This document shows, piece by piece, positions 9,696-19,197 of a stretch of 64,000 nucleotides of DNA. Both the position numbers and the translations under genes were made by a program. Each line of letters starts with the position of its first letter. Position 1 is the stretch's first letter. Under the pieces are notes generated by a model. The model was given only the letters and a program-made list of their open reading frames with translations. It did not search any database and was not told the origin of the DNA. The DNA is from a bacterium (GTDB lineage Bacteria > Electryoneota > Electryoneia > Electryoneales > Electryoneaceae): contig OY769902.1 of NCBI GenBank assembly GCA_963669175.1, positions 4,096,001 through 4,160,000 on the forward strand, read 5' to 3'.

Positions 9696-10994
9696 TTACA
9701 ACCTGTATCCCAAACTGAAGCGTAGAACGGTAAACGCCCGGAACCGTTCGAAGCTGCGGTCCCAGATCGGGTGGACATAATCGGTTTCCGATTCGGATAC
9801 ATCAGGACGGCTTCCCATGACATAGGTATGCAACAGCTCAAACTGACCACCAAAATGACGACTGAAGCCGAATTCGATTCCCAGTTGAATTAACCACGCT
9901 GCGAAGAAATTGGTTTCTCGAGTTTTTTCGCTGCCACTGAGGCTTTTAATCGTTACTTCCCGTTGCACAGCGCCCAGCCCGAGGCCGATATAAGGGCCGA
10001 AATGGTCTCTTGATCCGGAATAGATAAGCGTAGAATGGAATGTCAGCGATTTGGACAACGGATCTCCGGCCGCACCATAGGACTGCAAATCTGCCGGATC
10101 AATATCGCGTACTATCCCGGTGAAAGTGTACAGTCCGAACCGGATACGCCACTGGTTGCCGAAGCTCGCTGCCGCCCCCCAGCTCTGACCGTCTTTCATA
10201 CGGACTTCATTATCGAACGAAGAGCTACTCTGCCCGATAGGCCAACCGCCGCTTACCCAGGTCCGCATGTAAATCGGTGATTTTTCCGTATTGCTGACAC
10301 CTTTCAGCCGCAGTTTCACGTGTACGGAATCGCCCTGCCCGACTTTAACACTTTCCTGCCGTGGATGATGACCGGCCCTTGAAGCGGAAACGGTGTATTT
10401 CACGCCCCCGGGAAGTTCCGCGTGTACCGGCGCCATGCCCCAGGAAACGCCATCGATATTAACAGCGCTGGCTGGAGGATTTGTTGTCACATAGAGAATG
10501 CCATTCTGATTAACAAGCTGTGCAGCAACTGTTTCAGCGAGTTTTTCCAGTGTCTTGCGGGCTTCCTTCGCGTCACCTTCTACCGTCTTGTTTTCCAGCT
10601 TTTCCAGCTTGCCTTCGACCACATTTACAATACGAAGTTCCAGCATCCAGGTCTGGTCAAAGCGCTGAATTTTCCCATCAACGATATAATCGATCCCATT
10701 CTCTGTGCCATACCCCACCAGTTCATCCAATGCAGCATACTCGGCGCCACCCAGACGATCACGTGAATACACCAGCACATCAGTTACCGGCGCAGCAATA
10801 TCGAGACGTGGATTTTTCTTTAACGCAGATAGAATAACGTCTTCAAACCCCTCCACATCTTCTTCAGGAATATTCACAGCGATCAGTTCATACAGGGCAG
10901 CCGTTGACATAGTCTCGTCCGCAAACGAAGCAAACGGCAGCGCGATGATGAGCGAACATGCAGCCAGAAGGATGATGCGAGAAGTAAAAACCAT
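9696..10994 (-). CDS. Exported PEGA-domain protein with CsgG/TolB-N-like N-terminal domain and C-terminal outer-membrane beta-barrel
   Basis: Signal peptide from ATG 10994; GILYVTTNPPASAVNIDG (PEGA); amphipathic strands ending FSLGYRL. Confidence 0.65.
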   Translation of the reverse strand: MVFTSRIILLAACSLIIALPFASFADETMSTAALYELIAVNIPEEDVEGFEDVILSALKKNPRLDIAAPVTDVLVYSRDRLGGAEYAALDELVGYGTENGIDYIVDGKIQRFDQTWMLELRIVNVVEGKLEKLENKTVEGDAKEARKTLEKLAETVAAQLVNQNGILYVTTNPPASAVNIDGVSWGMAPVHAELPGGVKYTVSASRAGHHPRQESVKVGQGDSVHVKLRLKGVSNTEKSPIYMRTWVSGGWPIGQSSSSFDNEVRMKDGQSWGAAASFGNQWRIRFGLYTFTGIVRDIDPADLQSYGAAGDPLSKSLTFHSTLIYSGSRDHFGPYIGLGLGAVQREVTIKSLSGSEKTRETNFFAAWLIQLGIEFGFSRHFGGQFELLHTYVMGSRPDVSESETDYVHPIWDRSFERFRAFTVLRFSLGYRL

Positions 10995-10995
10995 A

Positions 10996-11766
10996 TCAAG
11001 TACCCTTGCCCGGTTTTTCCACCGGGATTTTTCCCTGTTTGGCGCGATCCATGAACAATTCCATCTGGTGGAACAAACCGTGTAGAATCTGGACATCACG
11101 TTGTTCCAGCAAACCACGGTCAAACACACGTCCCAGCACCAGTTCCAGCCCTTCCACATCCGGTTTCGGGATCATGCCTGCCGCGACAGCGGTCTTGGAG
11201 GCGTGTTCCATCAGACGCTTTCTTGCCCCACGTTCGGCCGGTTCCCAGGGATATCTCGGCATTGGACCACGCGCTGCTCGTGACAGTTCCCGGCATACCA
11301 GCATAACCGATTGCGCCAGGTTCAGCGATGGATAAGCTGTACGCATGGGAATTGTAACCCACCAGTCGCCGAGAAGCAGCTCCGATCCGGTCATGCCCCA
11401 CTCTTCACGTCCGAACACAATCGCCACCGGTCCGTGTTCAGCAGCGCCAAGCAGGTGTGGCGCGACCGATTCAACAGGAAAAATGGGACGAGCTCGTCTG
11501 CGACGACGCGCGGTAGTAACGGCAACCGTCCGCATCCCCTCGACCGCTTCCGCCAGGGTAGCGTATTCCTCCACACCCTCCAGTACATCCCCGGCGCCGA
11601 CAGCAACCGCCTTGGCCTTGCCACTGCGCCATATTCCGGTTCCGGTCACCAGCAGACGGCTCAGGCCCATGGTCTTCATGGCACGTGCGGCGGCGCCGAC
11701 ATTCTCCGGACGGGCCGGTTCTACCAGGACAACCGCAATGTTTCGGAGACGGTCATCTCCGGCCAT
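10996..11766 (-). CDS. trmJ: SPOUT tRNA/rRNA methyltransferase, TrmJ/LasT family
   Basis: VVLVEP..PENVGAAARAMKTMG, AIVFGREEWGM, YPSLNLAQSV. The start could extend to 11895. Confidence 0.85.
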   Translation of the reverse strand: MAGDDRLRNIAVVLVEPARPENVGAAARAMKTMGLSRLLVTGTGIWRSGKAKAVAVGAGDVLEGVEEYATLAEAVEGMRTVAVTTARRRRRARPIFPVESVAPHLLGAAEHGPVAIVFGREEWGMTGSELLLGDWWVTIPMRTAYPSLNLAQSVMLVCRELSRAARGPMPRYPWEPAERGARKRLMEHASKTAVAAGMIPKPDVEGLELVLGRVFDRGLLEQRDVQILHGLFHQMELFMDRAKQGKIPVEKPGKGT

Positions 11767-12067
11767 TCGCCACCATCCCTCGGGATTCGGCGGCCCGCCT
11801 TCATCCGGTGGGAATTTGGAGTGACGTTTTAACGCTCTGCTGTTATGTACGTGTTTTTGTGTGGTCTGGTGTAAAGGCCGACGAGGTCTACGCATGATGG
11901 TTTCCGGATCACTTCCTGTAATGTACCTTGCAGAGTATACGATGAGAAATGCTCACCGTTTCCCTGTTTTTTCCGTTGCGACTCTCAAGCACAAGCGTGG
12001 TTTTAGTGGTCCATTGCACCTGATATGAGTTGTTCTCGATTTCTTTCCGTCATATTGGAGATTATCG

Positions 12068-12257
12068 GGAAAAGGGGACGGGATCCTTTTCCTCGCGTCC
12101 ATACGGAGTACTTTTGAAGCGTTCATGGAAAAGGAAACTGTCCCCTTTTCCGAGTGATTCCTGCCTACTCGCAAGAAAAAGGGTACAGCCACCTTTCCCG
12201 AACTATAAACAAAGCGGGACGACTTGATCCCAGGGAAAGGAAACTGTCCCCTTTTTC
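12068..12257. repeat. REP-like palindromic cluster, family A (four alternating units)
   Basis: Matches 3229-3354 and adds a fourth unit, GGGAAAGGAAACTGTCCCCTTTTTC. Confidence 0.8.
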
Positions 12258-12341
12258 TATATGCTTCTTCCCTGTCATCAATGAACCGTTCGCAGAATTA
12301 TGTCATGACGACATATTCTCAAGAGTAGCTACACTTACAGG

Positions 12342-13844
12342 TTATTCGTCCACAGTAATGAAGAATCCTGTGAACTTGTAGACGCGCATAATTTCAGATT
12401 CATTCATGCGCTGATATCCCTTGATGGGATCGCCGAAGATGTACCCGCCACGAATTTCCGCGAGGATCGTAATCCATTGTTTCTGGTAATCATATTCAAG
12501 CATCTGCACTTCCGCCAAGGCCGGGACAGGCAATTCCAGACGGTTGACATGATCAAAATACTTGAAATCTGTCGAGAATCCTTTCGCTTTCAACAGGCGC
12601 GCCATATACCAGGGATCGGTTCCCTTGGCGTTGGTGAACATGATCTGTGAAGCTTTCCGTTCATTGACGTCATGAATCCCGGCATCCCGCAGGAAGGTCG
12701 CCGTGGCGCATGCGCCGGATGTCGAGGGCGCTGTCGCCTGGCAGGCACTGCCACTCCACTCGTTACCAAGCTGCTCAAGATCAAGCGGCTGAATGATGCT
12801 CTGCAGATAAGGTCCAGAAAGAACACCAACGGAAAATATCAAGAGGAACAGGCTGATGAAGACACTGCTGCGGTCCACCCCATAGCGGGTTACCCGCATG
12901 AAGAAACCGGGCAGAAATCCCATTCCAGCGGCAGCCATCTCCGACCAGTGAAGCGCACGATATTCAAAATAGCCCGGGAAGGTATCGAAAATGTTCAGGT
13001 AATAGAGGACGTCCATGATCCCCGGAACAGCCAGAAGTGTCCCGATGATAATTCCGAACAGACGAAAACCTCTGCTGTCATCCAGACGCGAGAAAGAGAT
13101 ACCAAGCAGGTACATCACGATAGCGCCTGCCAGCGCCGGGACAAAGAGCGGATTTACTCCCTTTTCACGCAGGGCATCCATCCCCGGCCAGGTAAGCTGA
13201 TCCAGAGTAGCCCACCGTTGGAACAGGACATACCCGAACGCCACAGTTACCAGAAGCATGACAAAGAAAAGGCCGAACCGTTTCACACCACCCACTACCG
13301 GGGTCATGGCGCTGGGTTCTGTCGGATCCTTGTAATTGTAGGCCTTTATCGGCTCCTGTACCCCTTCCAGATTTCGTTTACCTCCAGCCTTTACTGGAAA
13401 CTCCGGGATCGCCCTGATTTCTTCCCAGACACGTTCCGACAAGCTGATCCCATTCTTCGGTGCAGATTGTGCCAAACCGAAAGCCGTATTCACACCCTCA
13501 CCGATAACTTCGCCGTTATCCAGCAATAACCCACCGACATGCAGCCCGATACGGAAGTCGGCGCCATCGACTTGGAGCATGTCGCGACGCAGGCCGAGCG
13601 CACAGGTCATGGCATCCACACCGTTGTCGAAGTAGGCAACACTCTTCCCGCTCCATTCCTTCACCACGGTGCCGCCACTCCGTGAAACCCGGGAGTGCAG
13701 ATACCGATGCACCTGTCTCACCTGTTTACGGGCAAGATCCTCGTTGGTGCTGCCTAGTTTGGTGAATCCGATAAGCTCGGTCGCGAGAATCGCAGCCAGC
13801 TTACGTTCCATGTCTTCTTTACTGGGAAGGGCTTTGTCCCCCAT
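12342..13844 (-). CDS. Membrane protein: class III nucleotide cyclase-like domain, TM region and C39 peptidase-like domain, both apparently degenerate
   Basis: RKLAAILATELIGFT, FRIGLHVG, GEGVNTA; about 5 TM helices; C-terminal WSGSACQATAPSTSG...WITIL...FGDP. Start uncertain. Confidence 0.7.
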   Translation of the reverse strand: MGDKALPSKEDMERKLAAILATELIGFTKLGSTNEDLARKQVRQVHRYLHSRVSRSGGTVVKEWSGKSVAYFDNGVDAMTCALGLRRDMLQVDGADFRIGLHVGGLLLDNGEVIGEGVNTAFGLAQSAPKNGISLSERVWEEIRAIPEFPVKAGGKRNLEGVQEPIKAYNYKDPTEPSAMTPVVGGVKRFGLFFVMLLVTVAFGYVLFQRWATLDQLTWPGMDALREKGVNPLFVPALAGAIVMYLLGISFSRLDDSRGFRLFGIIIGTLLAVPGIMDVLYYLNIFDTFPGYFEYRALHWSEMAAAGMGFLPGFFMRVTRYGVDRSSVFISLFLLIFSVGVLSGPYLQSIIQPLDLEQLGNEWSGSACQATAPSTSGACATATFLRDAGIHDVNERKASQIMFTNAKGTDPWYMARLLKAKGFSTDFKYFDHVNRLELPVPALAEVQMLEYDYQKQWITILAEIRGGYIFGDPIKGYQRMNESEIMRVYKFTGFFITVDE

Positions 13845-13933
13845 CCCACTGCCTTCCACCGCTACCGGCGCCATGTTCATCCCAAAGTTGGTAGAACCCT
13901 GAAAATTGTAAAAAGATAGATGATATTGCGGAA

Positions 13934-14328
13934 ATGTAGCAAGCGATGGGAGCAATCCTTCGAAAAACCATGGAGCGGATATGCTTCGAAACAGTGCATG
14001 CAATGTTATGGCAGGTCTTGACGCGACAATCCGCCTTCAGCTCTAGATATAATTTTCAAGAAAACACAATGATACTGAAAACCACCTCTCGCCCTGTTTG
14101 GTCGCGTTGTGACCTGCCACCAGTCTCAGCATTCTCGCCGTCAGGTCACAACGTGATGCCTGGTGATAATTTATCGAAAGCGTGAAGTAGAACATTTGTC
14201 TGCAATTATAGCGAGAGAAACAAGAAAACGGCATCACGCCAAGACCTGACGGAACGCGCTCGATGTAGCAAGCGTGGGGAGCAATCCTTCGAAAAACCAT
14301 GGAGCGGATATGATACGAAACAGTCCAT
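13934..14328. repeat. ~66-bp imperfect direct repeat (13934-13999 and 14263-14328) bracketing a palindromic element
   Basis: ATGTAGCAAGCG..GGGAGCAATCCTTCGAAAAACCATGGAGCGGATATG...CGAAACAGT.CAT is present twice. Confidence 0.85.
14005..14255. mobile_element. MITE/REPIN-like element, family C, copy 1
   Basis: Imperfect terminal inverted repeats GTTATGGCAGGTCTTG / CAAGACCTGACGGAAC, plus an internal inverted pair GTTGTGACCTG / CAGGTCACAAC. Homologous to 17060-17318. Confidence 0.65.
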
Positions 14329-14483
14329 TACCTGTCCGATACTGGACAAGAACTGTGCGCATACGTACAGCCCCACAAACAACCAAGCCCACAACCTGCT
14401 ATTTATCAACACATAACACACAGACTCAATTGGAATACACTTTGTATAGGATATTCTGGTGAACCAATACCCGGAGATTCAGC

Positions 14484-16862
14484 ATGTTCAAGAACTACCT
14501 CGCAGTTGCATTCAGGTTTCTCTTTCGGAATAAAACATATACGATTATCAATGTTTTCGGGCTGGCGATCGGAATGGCCGCCTGCCTCCTGATTTACCTT
14601 TATATCGAAGAAGATCTTTCCTGGGATCGTTTCCATTCCAAAGCAGATACGATTTGGCGAGTTCTTACCATTGACAGCAACCTGGGCGTAACCGCGCAAC
14701 GTGTCGGAATAACAATGCCACCGGTTGGGCCAACCCTGGTGGATGAGTTCCCGGAAGTTGAGATGACCACTCGAGTCGGCTATTTCGGCAACCTCAATGT
14801 TGTTATCAATGACCAGCACTATCCCTTAAATGATGTAAAGCTTGTCGATTCAACCTTCTTTGCCATGTTTGATTTTCAACTTGTTACCGGTGATCCTCAT
14901 GAAGCGCTGAACAGTCCCGGCGATATTGTGATAAGTCAGTCGGCTGCCGAACGGTTATATGGCGATGAGAATCCGATCGGGCAGATAATCACACTGTTTG
15001 ACATTGAGCATTCTGTCAGTGGAATCGTAGCCGATCCGCCGGATCAGTCCCATCTCCAGTTTGACGCCCTGATATCGTATACCACCGCTGAGAAGAATTT
15101 TCCGGGGTATGGCACTCAATGGGGCCTCATTTCAACTCCGACCTATATCCTTGCGCACTCGGACATGACGCTGAAAAGCCTGGGGACGCGCTTGACTGAT
15201 ATGCTCCGTAACCACGGTGTTGAGGAGGGATTCGACATCACACTGCAACCTCTTGCGGATGTTCACCTTCGCTCAGCCAATGTAGCGTTTGATCCCCAGT
15301 TCGGGAAAAGTGACATTACATACATCTATGTCTTCGGGGCTGTTGCCATCCTGATCCTGGTCATTGCTGCAGTGAATTTCATGAACCTAGCCACCGCTCG
15401 TTCCACCAACCGTGCGCTTGAGGTCGGGGTTCGGAAGGTCTCTGGGGCGGTTCACTGGCAACTGGTTCAGCAATTCCTGGGCGAGTCCATTCTGCTGGCA
15501 ATCATCTCGCTTATCCTGGCGCTGGTTTTTGTGGAAGCAGGTCTTCCCCTGCTGAATGATGTTTCCGGGAAGGAACTGAACCTGAACCTGTTCAGTTCAC
15601 CGGATACGCTGATGATGATTGTTGTCATGGTGCTTGGAATTGGAGTTATCGCGGGATTGTACCCGGCATTTGTCCTCGCCGGATTCCGTCCGGTTGTCGT
15701 ATTGAAAGGGAAACGATCAGGCGGACGTGCGGGTAACTATTTCCGTCGCGCCCTGGTCGTCTTCCAGTTTGCCCTCTCAACTGCGTTGATCATCGGAACT
15801 GGTGTCGTATATACGCAGCTCAATTACCTGCAGAACAAGAACATGGGCTTCAACGCAGAACAGGTCATTACGATCCGCTATCCCAATGGCCAGATCACCC
15901 CGCAACACGAAGTATTCCGGGATGAATTATTGAAATGTGCTTCGATCCTTGAAGTGGGCAATTCATCCAATATTCCGGGAAACACATTGGGAAGACGTGG
16001 CGCTCGCCCGGAAGGCTACGCTGATGGTGAGGACTGGATCTTATCCCAGATGGTCATCGATGAACACTTCATTCCTGCGATGGACATGCAGATCGCTCTG
16101 GGACGGAATTTTTCGCCGGATTTTGCCGATTCCAACTCGCTCATCCTGAATGAAACTGCGGTGCATGAGCTGGGATGGGATGATCCAATCGGGAAACTCT
16201 TCTACCTGGGCGACAGCGCCAACCAACAGAGTTTTACCATCGTGGGGGTGGTGAAAGACTTCCACTTCCTTTCGGCACGTCATGTCATCGAACCGGTCAT
16301 GTTGTTCTTCACGAATGGCCGTTCACGCACCAACGTGAGCATTCGATTCAAACCGGAAGACACCGCTGCCACTGTCGAAGCTATCGAGAAAACATGGCAG
16401 GATGTGTTTGGTGATGAACCGCTGGCATTCCAGTTTATGGATGAGCGCTTCATGCAGTTGTATGAACGTGAACGCAATTTCTCCCTGATAGTCACATCCT
16501 TCAGCGTCTTGGCCATCCTTATCGCCTGCCTGGGCTTGTTTGGCTTGTCTGCTTACGCGACAGAACAGCGACGCAAGGAAATCGGCATCCGAAAAGTTCT
16601 GGGCGCTTCTTCAAGCCGGGTTACCCTGCTTCTGATCATGGATTTCCTGCGTTGGGTGCTGCTTGCCAACCTGATCGCCTGGCCGGTGGCCTGGTATGCC
16701 ATGAACCGCTGGTTACAGGATTTTGCCTACAGGATCGAACTAAATGCCGGTGTGTTCCTGCTGGCAACATTGATCGCCTTTGTCATAGCAATCGTAACCG
16801 TTACCGGACTAGCAATGAGAGCAGCGACGTCCAATCCTTCGGATGCATTGCGGTATGAATGA
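14484..16862 (+). CDS. ABC transporter permease, MacB/FtsX family (duplicated, ~800 aa)
   Basis: MFKNYL..AFR, NFMNLATARS..RALEVGVRKV.GA, EQRRKEIGIRKVLGAS, terminal ALRYE. Confidence 0.93.
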   Translation: MFKNYLAVAFRFLFRNKTYTIINVFGLAIGMAACLLIYLYIEEDLSWDRFHSKADTIWRVLTIDSNLGVTAQRVGITMPPVGPTLVDEFPEVEMTTRVGYFGNLNVVINDQHYPLNDVKLVDSTFFAMFDFQLVTGDPHEALNSPGDIVISQSAAERLYGDENPIGQIITLFDIEHSVSGIVADPPDQSHLQFDALISYTTAEKNFPGYGTQWGLISTPTYILAHSDMTLKSLGTRLTDMLRNHGVEEGFDITLQPLADVHLRSANVAFDPQFGKSDITYIYVFGAVAILILVIAAVNFMNLATARSTNRALEVGVRKVSGAVHWQLVQQFLGESILLAIISLILALVFVEAGLPLLNDVSGKELNLNLFSSPDTLMMIVVMVLGIGVIAGLYPAFVLAGFRPVVVLKGKRSGGRAGNYFRRALVVFQFALSTALIIGTGVVYTQLNYLQNKNMGFNAEQVITIRYPNGQITPQHEVFRDELLKCASILEVGNSSNIPGNTLGRRGARPEGYADGEDWILSQMVIDEHFIPAMDMQIALGRNFSPDFADSNSLILNETAVHELGWDDPIGKLFYLGDSANQQSFTIVGVVKDFHFLSARHVIEPVMLFFTNGRSRTNVSIRFKPEDTAATVEAIEKTWQDVFGDEPLAFQFMDERFMQLYERERNFSLIVTSFSVLAILIACLGLFGLSAYATEQRRKEIGIRKVLGASSSRVTLLLIMDFLRWVLLANLIAWPVAWYAMNRWLQDFAYRIELNAGVFLLATLIAFVIAIVTVTGLAMRAATSNPSDALRYE

Positions 16863-16889
16863 GCATCATAAAAAACAGTGATCCTGTTT

Positions 16890-16932
16890 CGAAAAACGGG
16901 ACAGACCACCTTGGGTCAGTCCCTGTTTTTCG
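16890..16932 (+). terminator. Hairpin after the permease gene (GGGACAG-type palindrome; may act as terminator)
   Basis: CGAAAAACGGGACAGACC...GGTCAGTCCCTGTTTTTCG, ending in a T-run. Confidence 0.5.
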
Positions 16933-17059
16933 CCAAACATATAATTCTTCTCACCATCCACTGTGAGCGTTGGGCAGCGTTCACTACATGGTGCTCCAGA
17001 AACCGGCTGATGCCGGTTTCTTTTTTAGTTCCTCACAAGAATTTGTGCATCCGGGCAAA

Positions 17060-17318
17060 GTTGTGGCAGGTCTTGACGCGACATTCCGTTTTCGACTTTC
17101 GTAATGTATTTCTGAATGCACGATGATACTGAAACCACCTCTCGTCCTGTTATTGTCGCGTTGTGACCTGCCACCGGTATCAGCACTCACGCTGTCGTCA
17201 GGTCACAACGTGATGCCTGATGACGATCTATCATGTGAAATAGCAGCTGTGAAGTCGGACAGGTGTCTGAAATTGCAGAGAAAACAAGAAAAGGCATCAC
17301 ATCAAGACCTGACGCAAC
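17060..17318. mobile_element. MITE/REPIN-like element, family C, copy 2
   Basis: Same four motif units in the same orientation as 14005-14255, with diverged spacers. Confidence 0.65.
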
Positions 17319-17461
17319 GTGACTGGTGACATACTGGACAAATACTTGTAAGCAGCCTCCTTTTTGTTCAAACCGTTCTGTAATCGTCCCCAGCATGTTG
17401 CAATACTTTTTGAATCAAGTGTAGTTTAAGGACAGTGGGCATTCACTAATGGGAGGATTTT

Positions 17462-18643
17462 GTGAACAGAACAATGAGTTCCCGTATTGTTGTTAAGCTC
17501 CTTTTCACTCTGCTGGTCATTAATACTTTTCTCGTGCTGATCGTTCAGCAATCTCAAGCTACGGGATACAACTTCAAGTACAGTCCAAGCGCTGTTGCGA
17601 ACGGGATGGGTGAGACAGCGTCCCTGATTGCCGATGCAGGTGGTGTTACTGCGAATCCTGCCCTGGCGGCGTTTCTAATGGATTCTACCGGGATTGAACT
17701 GGCGCTGAACAATGCAATCTGGTGGCCAAACTATCGGTACACGAATTACGAGTATGGTTTCCAGGGCATCTTCGGGGTGGTTGATGGTGGTCCAATCGGG
17801 TTTGGTATCCCAGGCAATTATATGATGGGCATTGGTCTGCATCAATACAAACAAAAGACGATTCCGAATACAAACACTTATAATACCAGTGTCCCCTCAA
17901 CAGAACGCTACCGTTCAGCGACCTTCAGCGGCTCGATCAGGTCACTCATTGATATTGGCATCGGGTTTACATATAACCATTACACATACGAATATCCGGG
18001 AATCGAAGATGACGAAAAGAACGGCAGCTCGGCAAATATTGGCGTCTATGCCCGCTGGCGTTCCCCAGAACTCCCTTTAACTGCACGCGGCCCGAATGTA
18101 CCCAAAGAAGAAACCCTGACCGGCCAATTCATCCCGGCTGTATCCTATTCTTCAAATAACATAACACTGAAGAAACCCGGTGAAAGTGTTGACTTCAATC
18201 GTCACATCCGATATGGATTTAGCGCTGAAGTAATCCTTCGCTATAAGTGCTTTCCCATCTTGAGCTTTCTCTATACCAATGAGTTGATGCGTGACAAAGA
18301 AGCACGATACTACGATAACCTGAAAGATGAAACTCACGGCATCGGATACCAGGTTGATGTGCTGAACACCTTCGAATGGCGAACAGGCGCGTACCATGTC
18401 CCGGATTGGAGTTATAACGGCCGTGACAACAACGGATACACGATAAAAACAGATGGTGTGTTCACTTTGCTGAAGAGGCGCTGTTCCCAGCCAGTCCCAA
18501 ACTATATTCTGAACCACTTCAGCTTTGAGTTTACCGAATCGAGATGGGATTTCAAAGAAGAAACAGATGAAGGCTTTACCAATCCCCTGTATGTCGCAGA
18601 TAACACGTACTGGCGAAGCCTGACGTTGCGGTGGTATTACTGA
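17462..18643 (+). CDS. Outer-membrane beta-barrel, PorV/FadL-like (divergent)
   Basis: Signal peptide; SAVANGMGE...ANPAL resembles the N-terminal plug motif; aromatic C-terminus; GGAGG RBS. Confidence 0.55.
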   Translation: MNRTMSSRIVVKLLFTLLVINTFLVLIVQQSQATGYNFKYSPSAVANGMGETASLIADAGGVTANPALAAFLMDSTGIELALNNAIWWPNYRYTNYEYGFQGIFGVVDGGPIGFGIPGNYMMGIGLHQYKQKTIPNTNTYNTSVPSTERYRSATFSGSIRSLIDIGIGFTYNHYTYEYPGIEDDEKNGSSANIGVYARWRSPELPLTARGPNVPKEETLTGQFIPAVSYSSNNITLKKPGESVDFNRHIRYGFSAEVILRYKCFPILSFLYTNELMRDKEARYYDNLKDETHGIGYQVDVLNTFEWRTGAYHVPDWSYNGRDNNGYTIKTDGVFTLLKRRCSQPVPNYILNHFSFEFTESRWDFKEETDEGFTNPLYVADNTYWRSLTLRWYY

Positions 18644-18716
18644 TTCATAGTCACTAACCCGAAGATTTCACCACTGGCAATTTCAATCTGATACTTGATG
18701 GAACGGCCTGTACAAG

Positions 18717-18964
18717 AACCACGGCAGTGGTTCCCTGAATTAGCCCACCGTCCAGCGCCGTCTGTTTGGCGCTCACGGTGGGAATAGGATGTACGCTACT
18801 TGCCAACCCCGGCAGCGGGTTGCCTGAATATTTCCACTGTATACTTTTGATAATTATCAGGTTACTCCTTCCGGAGTAAATATATGGTGCGCATTATCTC
18901 CCCGGGTAGCCGCCAAACTGACGGCGGCTGCCCGGGGCTAATACAGGTTGCCCCTGCCGGGGCG
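18717..18964. repeat. Multi-hairpin REP-like element, family D
   Basis: Ends are imperfect inverted copies (CCACGGCAGTGG..CCTGAATTAGCCC versus reverse-strand CCCCGGCAGGGG..CCTGTATTAGCCC), with internal GC-rich hairpins. Confidence 0.55.
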
Positions 18965-19133
18965 GTTGCCGATACTCAGCCTCATATTGCCAGCGAAACA
19001 GGGAATAGACACGCAAAGGGATACCGGAGCAAACTGTCCCCTGAAAAATGCTGTATGAATCAGTTGTAATGTGTTGATATGAAATGTGTTAAGATGATTA
19101 TCCATGTTTCGTTCATGAAATATTCGGGCTAAA

Positions 19134-19168
19134 AGGGGCTGACTCTGTAGCAAATTGAGTCAGCCCCT
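19134..19168 (-). terminator. Intrinsic terminator of the minus-strand surface locus
   Basis: 12-bp stem AGGGGCTGACTC/GAGTCAGCCCCT, about 30 nt after the stop at 19198, followed by a short T-run on the minus strand. Confidence 0.7.
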
Positions 19169-19197
19169 AAATTGTTTCCGTTAAAACGCTGCTATGA

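Noticed and set aside
13934-14328. Integron attC sites
   Set aside because: No RYYYAAC...GTTRRRY arrangement in the expected order, no cassette array and no integrase.
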